Positions 44,559 to 50,358 of a stretch of DNA of 50,358 nt are shown one piece after another; within the stretch, counting starts at the first letter, position 1, and each line of letters opens with the position of its first letter. Under the pieces are notes generated by a model. That model was given only the letters and a program-made list of their open reading frames with translations. It did not search any database and was not told the DNA's origin. Both the position numbers and the translations under genes were made by a program. The stretch is from Candidatus Saccharimonadia bacterium (GTDB lineage Bacteria; Patescibacteriota; Saccharimonadia; CAILAD01; BJGX01). The stretch spans positions 1-50,358 of the forward strand of contig JBCLLP010000002.1 in NCBI GenBank assembly GCA_039738615.1. Direction: 5' to 3'.

Positions 44559-46888
44559 TGAAGTACCGAAGCCTAAAAGCCCTCTTAGTGGCAGGCCTTA
44601 GTATAGCTGTGTTTTTTGTTTTTAGCGGCCAGGCCCTGGCCTATACACCGAACGATTTATCGGTTTTTACAGGCTTTAGAGGTCTTGGCTCCACTACTTC
44701 CACACCAGTAGATGTAGGTGGCTCGGCTGAGGTAGTGCCTGTACCTGGTTTGATACCCTTACAGGCCGCCCCGTATTATGGTAATCATTTCGATAACGAT
44801 CATAATAATTCGCCAGATGCCAATTCAGTCATGTGGGGTACTAGTGGTAATTTTTATAATCTCGCCTCGTGGTACAAGCCTCCGTTCATATGGTGCGGCG
44901 CGGCCGGAGGCTGGCCTTATGGCCTAACGATCAAGGTTTCGGCACTATTCCAGCATGGCACCTGGCTAAATGGAGCCAATAAATTAACAGTAGGGGGGGT
45001 AGTAAAGAATGGTTACTGGGTAGGTGAATGGTGGAGGCAGGCCAACGACGGCTCAGGCTGGGTGGGACATAAAACAGCCTTCTCTGGCCCTAGCACCCAG
45101 ATTTTAGCACTCAATCCAGGCCTTATGGTTGTCATATTTACCTTTATCGAAACCCCTCCCCCACCAACCTACGCTGGTACTATTCAAATCGAAAAGCACC
45201 TAGTACCTGGGGATAATTATCCATCGCCAGGCAGTCCGCCCTATAACGCTAAGGTCGGCATAACAAATAATATCAACAGCTGGAACCCACAGAGCACTAG
45301 CAATCCTTATAGTCATCCTGGAATATGGGTAGACCCCCAAGATCCGTACTCTAATTCCCAGCGGGCTGGTACTACAGGAAGCTATAACACCTGGGTGGAT
45401 GTACCGGCTGGTTATGAGGTTGACACATACACGGTAGCTGGCTCACCCAGTCCACAGGACCACAGGACTATGATCTGCACAGGGGCTAATAATACTGGTA
45501 GATGCAAGGTAAATGCCATTAGAGTCAGCAATAATGCCACTACCACCGTTAAGTTTAATTTAAGGCAAGCCTCCAAAGGTTTAGTTGTTTGCCGAAAGGG
45601 TGTTGACTCCTCTGGTACTGCTAATGGCCGTTTCTATTGGGAAGGCTATGGCATAGACGCCAGTAACCAAGCCAATGCCCCAGTTGTTAAGCTCTATCAA
45701 GGCTCTACATTACTCCAGACTATAGCTGGTAATCGGCAACTCCCCAATAATACTACCTATACCAGTAATAATACTACCTATCCGGGGATGCTAGCCACCA
45801 CTAATTATGATTTCATGGTAGATCTAGATAGTGTTTTCCATGATGGCAGGACGCGTAGCATTACCCCCAAGCTAGTTACCGCTGTAGGAACTGACCTAAC
45901 ACTTCCTAATGTCAGTATTGGGGGGAGTACGGACGTCTGTGGTGGGGGCACACCTACTTTTGCTTGGGCTTGGCCGTGGCTTCGGACTAGCCGGGGAGAT
46001 GTAATTGCTAGCGGGCAAATAAACGGTCAAGTTACTAGCCCTGATGGTACTACTTACCTCGGAGCTAGGCCTGCTACTGCCACCAATAAAGAAGCCGAGT
46101 TTCTGATAATTTCTGCCGTGGGTAATGGCGGGCCATTTTGTAGCACCTATAATTATATCCTTACCAATATTACTGCTACTACTGCCGAGGGCTGTGGTAA
46201 TGGCGCAGGCTATAGCATCCTCAACAGCTACCCACTAAATAGTGGCGGCAATGATGTAATTGTTGAGGGAGTTAAGAAGGCCTATGACACATTTAGCAAA
46301 GCCGATCCTATTTGCTCGGCGGATAAAACTACTGCTGAGTTGGCTACTATAACTGTACTACCCGGCTGTGGGGATGGCGTCGTGTATAAGCTTACTGGTG
46401 GAAACACCCTTAGCAATTCCATCAATGTAACTAAAGGTCGGGTCACTATCTATGTTGAAGGAGATCTTTACATTAATGCCAATATTATTTATAGTCCTGC
46501 TGGCATCACAAATATTAAAGATTACCCCAACCTAGCGATAGTGGTTAGGGGTAATGTCAATATTGCTAGTAGTGTAGCTAATATTTCGGCCCTAATATAT
46601 GCCTCTGGCAAAATTGACACTTGTGCCACAGCCTCAGCCCCTAGCCCCACCCAAAATTGTTTTACTAGGCTCAGTGTAGATGGCTCACTAATAGCCAAGA
46701 GTGGTATAAGATTTGGAAGGTCGTATTATGATAGCAACATGTTGGGCGAGCGCCTCTCAGCCGAACATATTGCTCTTACGCCCCAAACCTTCGTATACCC
46801 AGCCCCCGGTATAGATCGTCAGTCTGCTTTTAGTCAGCAAGAGGGCTCATATACCCTTGATCCCGGGGAATACAACCCTAGATTCTAG
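44555..46888 (+). CDS. Large secreted protein of unknown function (copy 2; one substitution, Y to H, near the C-terminus)
   Basis: 776/777 identical to copy 1 (SAEYIALTPQ versus SAEHIALTPQ). Confidence 0.7.
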   Translation: MMKYRSLKALLVAGLSIAVFFVFSGQALAYTPNDLSVFTGFRGLGSTTSTPVDVGGSAEVVPVPGLIPLQAAPYYGNHFDNDHNNSPDANSVMWGTSGNFYNLASWYKPPFIWCGAAGGWPYGLTIKVSALFQHGTWLNGANKLTVGGVVKNGYWVGEWWRQANDGSGWVGHKTAFSGPSTQILALNPGLMVVIFTFIETPPPPTYAGTIQIEKHLVPGDNYPSPGSPPYNAKVGITNNINSWNPQSTSNPYSHPGIWVDPQDPYSNSQRAGTTGSYNTWVDVPAGYEVDTYTVAGSPSPQDHRTMICTGANNTGRCKVNAIRVSNNATTTVKFNLRQASKGLVVCRKGVDSSGTANGRFYWEGYGIDASNQANAPVVKLYQGSTLLQTIAGNRQLPNNTTYTSNNTTYPGMLATTNYDFMVDLDSVFHDGRTRSITPKLVTAVGTDLTLPNVSIGGSTDVCGGGTPTFAWAWPWLRTSRGDVIASGQINGQVTSPDGTTYLGARPATATNKEAEFLIISAVGNGGPFCSTYNYILTNITATTAEGCGNGAGYSILNSYPLNSGGNDVIVEGVKKAYDTFSKADPICSADKTTAELATITVLPGCGDGVVYKLTGGNTLSNSINVTKGRVTIYVEGDLYINANIIYSPAGITNIKDYPNLAIVVRGNVNIASSVANISALIYASGKIDTCATASAPSPTQNCFTRLSVDGSLIAKSGIRFGRSYYDSNMLGERLSAEHIALTPQTFVYPAPGIDRQSAFSQQEGSYTLDPGEYNPRF

Positions 46889-46935
46889 GGGCCTTCAAAT
46901 ATAAATAAGCCACATTGGCAATTATATAAGGATAT

Positions 46936-47844
46936 TTATTTATTATTAGAATGGAATTGCTTATGTATTTCTTTAAGCTGGGGATCGGTAACGTGGGTGT
47001 ATATTTGGGTGGTAGCTATATTGGTGTGCCCTAGTAAGCTCTGGACACTACGCAAATCAGCGCCATTGCCTAGTAAGTCGGTAGCAAAACTATGGCGCAG
47101 GGTGTGTGGTGTTACATGCTTGGTGATGCCGGCTTTCTTGCTGTATCGCCCCACGATACGCTGGATGGTTCGGGCAGTGAGCTGGCTAATACTAGTACTA
47201 TCCTGGTCTTTGGGATTGGTGGCCCGAGCAAAGAGCGCATCGTAGCTATCGGCACGCACACCAAGGTAGGCAATTATAGCCTGCTTGGCTGAATCACTTA
47301 TGTATACAGGGCGGTCTTTTTGACCCTTCCCGCGAATACTAAATTCACCTTTGTCTAGATTGATGCTATCGCGATTAAGCCTCACTAGCTCGGATACGCG
47401 TAGTCCAGTAGAAAACAACAGCTCAAGTATGGCGCGATCCCTTAGCCCAACTATATTGCTAGCATCTGTGGCATTAAATAATTCCTGTACTTCTTGGGTG
47501 GTTAGAAAGCTAACTTGGGGGCGGTTGCTGGTAGCGAGCTCTATCTTGTCTGGGGCAAGGGAGCTGATATCACGGCGCGCTATATACCGTAAAAACGACC
47601 TAAGCGCTATGAGGTGATAATTCTGGGTGGTTTTAGATACCTTTCGGCCGTCACTGCCTGTGTAGCGATTAAGCCACCGACGCCACTTGCTAACTTCGTT
47701 AATATCTATCTTGCCAACCTTGATATCACCCGCAAACTCATAGAATCTATTAAGGTATAGCGAGTAGTTCTCGATTGTTTTAAGGCTTCGGCCTCGTTCA
47801 ATCTCCATATATTCTAAAAAGTCTGCTAAATAATCCGAAAACAT
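46936..47844 (-). CDS. XerC/XerD-family tyrosine recombinase
   Basis: N-terminal SAM-like domain (FLEYMEIERGRSLKTIENYSLYL) and catalytic region (...GLRVSEL..., HTLRHSFATDLLGNGADLRSVQSLLGHTNIATTQIYTHV). Confidence 0.88.
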   Translation of the reverse strand: MFSDYLADFLEYMEIERGRSLKTIENYSLYLNRFYEFAGDIKVGKIDINEVSKWRRWLNRYTGSDGRKVSKTTQNYHLIALRSFLRYIARRDISSLAPDKIELATSNRPQVSFLTTQEVQELFNATDASNIVGLRDRAILELLFSTGLRVSELVRLNRDSINLDKGEFSIRGKGQKDRPVYISDSAKQAIIAYLGVRADSYDALFARATNPKDQDSTSISQLTARTIQRIVGRYSKKAGITKHVTPHTLRHSFATDLLGNGADLRSVQSLLGHTNIATTQIYTHVTDPQLKEIHKQFHSNNK

Positions 47845-47850
47845 AGCTTT

Positions 47851-47879
47851 AGCGTAAGCCTTATTGGCTATCTGGTCAA
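47851..47879 (-). promoter_or_regulatory. Promoter TTGACC-N17-TACGCT, 6 nt before the recombinase ATG (leaderless-type)
   Basis: The minus strand reads cTTGACCagatagccaataaggctTACGCTaaagctATG. Confidence 0.45.
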
Positions 47880-47931
47880 GCTAGGCCTAGGGTTTGAGAA
47901 TAAAGCGTTATAGGAGTAGAATAGCATATTA

Positions 47932-49791
47932 ATGCTAACTTCTACTGTCAAACCAACCAAATACGATGTAATAGTAATAGGTGCCGGCCACGCTGGCTGT
48001 GAAGCTGCCATAGCTTCGGCTAGGCTTGGAGCCAAGACACTACTCATATCTACCAGTCTAGCCAAGGTCTCGGCCCTGCCCTGTAATCCGTCGATAGGCG
48101 GTCCAGGCAAGGGGCATTTGGTACGCGAAATAGACGCACTGGGGGGAGTAATGGCTAAAATAACCGATGCCAGTGCTATCCAAATTAAAGTGCTCAATAC
48201 GGGCAAAGGCCCAGCTGTAAGGGCTTATAGGGCGCAAGTAGATATGGATTTGTATAATCAAAATATGATTAAGTATCTAGCTAAGTGTAAAAACCTTAGT
48301 TTTTTAGAAGATGAAGCTATGGGAGTTAAGGTGGTTGATGGCCATATAACTGCTGTAACCACCAAGCATCATAGCACTATTATTACTTTTACAGTGGTGG
48401 TATGTAGTGGAACTTTTCTAAATGGTGAGATAGTAGTAGGCGATGATGTGGTTCGTAAGGGAGGAAGAATAGATGAGGATTCGTCTGTTGGGCTGAGTGA
48501 CTCACTGATAGGTCTTGGCCTGGAGCGCGGACGGCTTAAGACTGGCACTCCACCCAGAATAAGCCGAGCGAGTATTGACTATAGTAAAGTTAGTGTTGCC
48601 ACCGGCAGTGCTGGGGCTATTAGCTTCGCCCACCCCGATCGGCAAATATTGGATTCTACCCAGCAAGTGCCTTGCTATTTGACCTACACTACGCCAGAAA
48701 CCCACAAGGTAGTTATGGCTAACCTAACTCAATCACCGGTGTTTTCGGGTAAGATTACCGAACGCGCACCACGAAGCTGTCCTAGCCTAGATCGTAAGAT
48801 AGCTAACTTCCCAGATCGCGATAGGCATCCGATATTTATAGAGCCAGTAGGTAGGCTTGATGGGCCTTTTGGTGATTGGATGTATATTCAGGGTGGCTCG
48901 CTGGCTTTTCCCGAGCACTTACAAAAGAAGATAATTAGGACCATACCAGGACTAGAAAACGCTCAATTTATAAGATACGGTTATGCTGTGGTGTATGACT
49001 ATTTCTTGCCCCACCAGCTTAAACTAAGCCTTGAGACCAAAAAAGTAGCTGGCTTGTATTTGGCAGGGCAGATGAACGGCACCACGGGCTATGAGGAGGC
49101 TGCCGCCCAAGGCCTGATAGCTGGCATTAATGCTGCCCGCCAAGCTCTAGGCAAGAAGGCCTTTACTATTGACAGGGGTGAGGCTTATATAGGGGTGCTT
49201 ATTGAGGATTTAGTAACCAAAGTGCATGTAGAGCCATATCGCATATTTACTAGTCGAGCCGAATATCGGCTACTATTACGCAATGACAATGCGGATTTGC
49301 GTTTAGGTGCTAAGGGCTACAAGCTAGGCTTACTAAGTAAGGCTCAGTATGATCGAGTAGTACAAAAGCAAAAGAATATTAGTAAGGCCATAGCTGAGCT
49401 TCAAGGCAGCCGCCATAGGGTAGGGGGGCGGACTATCTCGGGCTATAGCTATCTAGCTCGCCCAGAGAATAGCATAGCGTCTTTGGATTCCGAGCTTGGC
49501 AAGAAGATACCCAGTGATATTGCTTTGCAAGTATCATCGGAGGTCAAATACGGTGGTTATTTTGCCACCCAAAAGCGAGCCGTACAAAGACTCAAGGATC
49601 GCCAAGCACAAGTATTGCCAGCAAAAATGGACTATCAACTTTTGCCAGGGCTACGCAATGAAGCTCGTGTTCGACTGCTTGAAGTACAGCCCACTAATAT
49701 AGCTCAAGCCAGCCTCATCCAGGGCGTTACGCCAGCCGACCTAACTATAATTCTAATTGCTGCCCATAAGCTTACTCAGGCTAGCAGATAA
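47932..49791 (+). CDS. mnmG: tRNA uridine 5-carboxymethylaminomethyl modification enzyme MnmG (GidA)
   Basis: FAD-binding N-terminus [28 protein letters not shown], ...[22 protein letters not shown]..., [23 protein letters not shown]. Confidence 0.95.
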   Translation: MLTSTVKPTKYDVIVIGAGHAGCEAAIASARLGAKTLLISTSLAKVSALPCNPSIGGPGKGHLVREIDALGGVMAKITDASAIQIKVLNTGKGPAVRAYRAQVDMDLYNQNMIKYLAKCKNLSFLEDEAMGVKVVDGHITAVTTKHHSTIITFTVVVCSGTFLNGEIVVGDDVVRKGGRIDEDSSVGLSDSLIGLGLERGRLKTGTPPRISRASIDYSKVSVATGSAGAISFAHPDRQILDSTQQVPCYLTYTTPETHKVVMANLTQSPVFSGKITERAPRSCPSLDRKIANFPDRDRHPIFIEPVGRLDGPFGDWMYIQGGSLAFPEHLQKKIIRTIPGLENAQFIRYGYAVVYDYFLPHQLKLSLETKKVAGLYLAGQMNGTTGYEEAAAQGLIAGINAARQALGKKAFTIDRGEAYIGVLIEDLVTKVHVEPYRIFTSRAEYRLLLRNDNADLRLGAKGYKLGLLSKAQYDRVVQKQKNISKAIAELQGSRHRVGGRTISGYSYLARPENSIASLDSELGKKIPSDIALQVSSEVKYGGYFATQKRAVQRLKDRQAQVLPAKMDYQLLPGLRNEARVRLLEVQPTNIAQASLIQGVTPADLTIILIAAHKLTQASR

Positions 49792-49793
49792 TC

Positions 49794-49802
49794 TGGTATA
49801 AT
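49794..49802 (+). promoter_or_regulatory. Extended -10 (TGgTATAAT), 7 nt before the ATG at 49810 (leaderless-type)
   Basis: tcTGgTATAATagctggtATG. Confidence 0.45.
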
Positions 49803-49809
49803 AGCTGGT

Positions 49810-50358
49810 ATGTTTGATATTGATAGTATTCTAAAATCACTAGGATACGCTGGTGTGTTTGGAATAATCTTTGCCGAATCAGGCCTGCTAGTTGGGTTTT
49901 TCTTACCCGGTGACAGCTTGCTTTTTACAGCTGGTTTGCTTGCCTCGCGGGGCTATTTTAATATCGTTATTTTATGTTTGGGGAGCTTTGTGGCAGCCGT
50001 TATAGGCGATAATGTAGGCTATCATTTTGGTAAAAAAGTAGGGCCCAAGGTATTCACCAAACATGAGTCGCTAATATTTAGTAAGACAAATGTAGCAAGG
50101 TCGCAGGCTTTTTATAATAAGCACGGTGGTAAGGCGATTATACTGGCACGGTTTTTCCCTGTAGTTCGTACCTTTGCTCCAGTTCTGGCTGGTGTTGGAA
50201 ATATGGAGTATAAGAAGTTTTTTATTTATAATGTGATAGGCGGTGTGCTGTGGGCGGTGGGCATAACACTACTTGGTTATTTTGTAGGCAATATCATTCC
50301 AGATGCTGATAAATATTTATTGCCTGCCATCATACTTATTATAATTCTATCTGTTATT
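49810..50358 (+). CDS. DedA/VTT-family membrane protein (3' end truncated by the window edge)
   Basis: My own translation stays open from the ATG at 49810 to the window end (183 codons): MFDIDSILKSLGYAGVFGIIFAESGLLVGFFLPGDSLLFTAGLLA...GKKVG...ILARFFPVVRTFAPVLAGVG. It is missing from the ORF track because no stop is reached. Confidence 0.85.
   Translation, partial: MFDIDSILKSLGYAGVFGIIFAESGLLVGFFLPGDSLLFTAGLLASRGYFNIVILCLGSFVAAVIGDNVGYHFGKKVGPKVFTKHESLIFSKTNVARSQAFYNKHGGKAIILARFFPVVRTFAPVLAGVGNMEYKKFFIYNVIGGVLWAVGITLLGYFVGNIIPDADKYLLPAIILIIILSVI

Larger units (their letters stand above)
43477..46892 (+). repeat. Direct repeat copy R2 (3,416 bp), downstream flank of the pilus locus
   Basis: See R1. 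It begins 4 nt after the stop of the PilX-like gene. The differences I saw from R1 are at 46766, 46768 and 46810. Confidence 0.95.

Noticed and set aside
28573-46892. The repeat pair as the template/variable repeats of a diversity-generating retroelement.
   Set aside because: The copies are 3.4 kb, not ~100-150 bp. The three differences (T/C, C/T, C/T) are not adenine-specific, and the window contains no reverse transcriptase.
28573-46892. The repeat pair as IS elements forming a composite transposon around the pil genes.
   Set aside because: Neither repeat gene resembles a transposase. One is a TM-anchored protein and the other is signal-peptide secreted. I saw no terminal inverted repeats or target-site duplications at the repeat ends.
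1-50358. A search for tRNA, rRNA, tmRNA, RNase P RNA, CRISPR arrays, integrons or prophage structural genes.
   Set aside because: No T-arm consensus (GGTTCGAATCC-like) occurs in any intergenic spacer, and I saw no regularly spaced short repeats and no phage capsid, tail or terminase-like translations. All intergenic gaps over 150 bp were read on both strands.

Overview
This looks like a chromosomal window from a reduced-genome, monoderm-type bacterium. My guess is Patescibacteria/CPR, Saccharibacteria-like, but that is an inference I cannot check without a database search. The standard genetic code applies: TGA is a working stop in at least six ATGA-overlapping gene pairs.

The left ~28 kb is densely packed with information-processing genes: dnaG-rpoD, polA, mutM, holA, rpsT, a degenerate DHH protein-truB-rpsO-pnp, a family-4 UDG, RNase J, ftsK, a RodZ-like gene, yajQ, recA-recX, rpsF-ssb-rpsR, efp and ychF. 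It also holds a small CHAP-like plus small-membrane-protein cluster.

The right ~22 kb is the most interesting part. A complete, secretin-less type IV pilus locus (pilM-N-O, pilB, pilT, pilC, pilA, pilD and four minor pilins) is bracketed by two 3,416-bp direct repeats at 28573-31988 and 43477-46892. I found only three nucleotide differences between the copies, all in the last ~130 bp. Each repeat carries its own promoter-like element and the same two-gene cassette: a 346-aa membrane-anchored protein and a 777-aa secreted protein, both of unknown function. A XerC/D-type recombinase lies 44 bp beyond the second copy, followed by mnmG and a partial DedA-family gene.

I recognised no rRNA, tRNA, CRISPR array, transposase or reverse transcriptase.

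Other notable points:
- A DnaG whose four zinc ligands all appear substituted.
- A recurrent TATAAT-N6/7-ATG (leaderless) promoter architecture.
- Slippage-prone low-complexity extensions on RpoD and RNase J.
- A catalytically degenerate DHH protein.
- A structured inverted-repeat element upstream of a GNAT gene.
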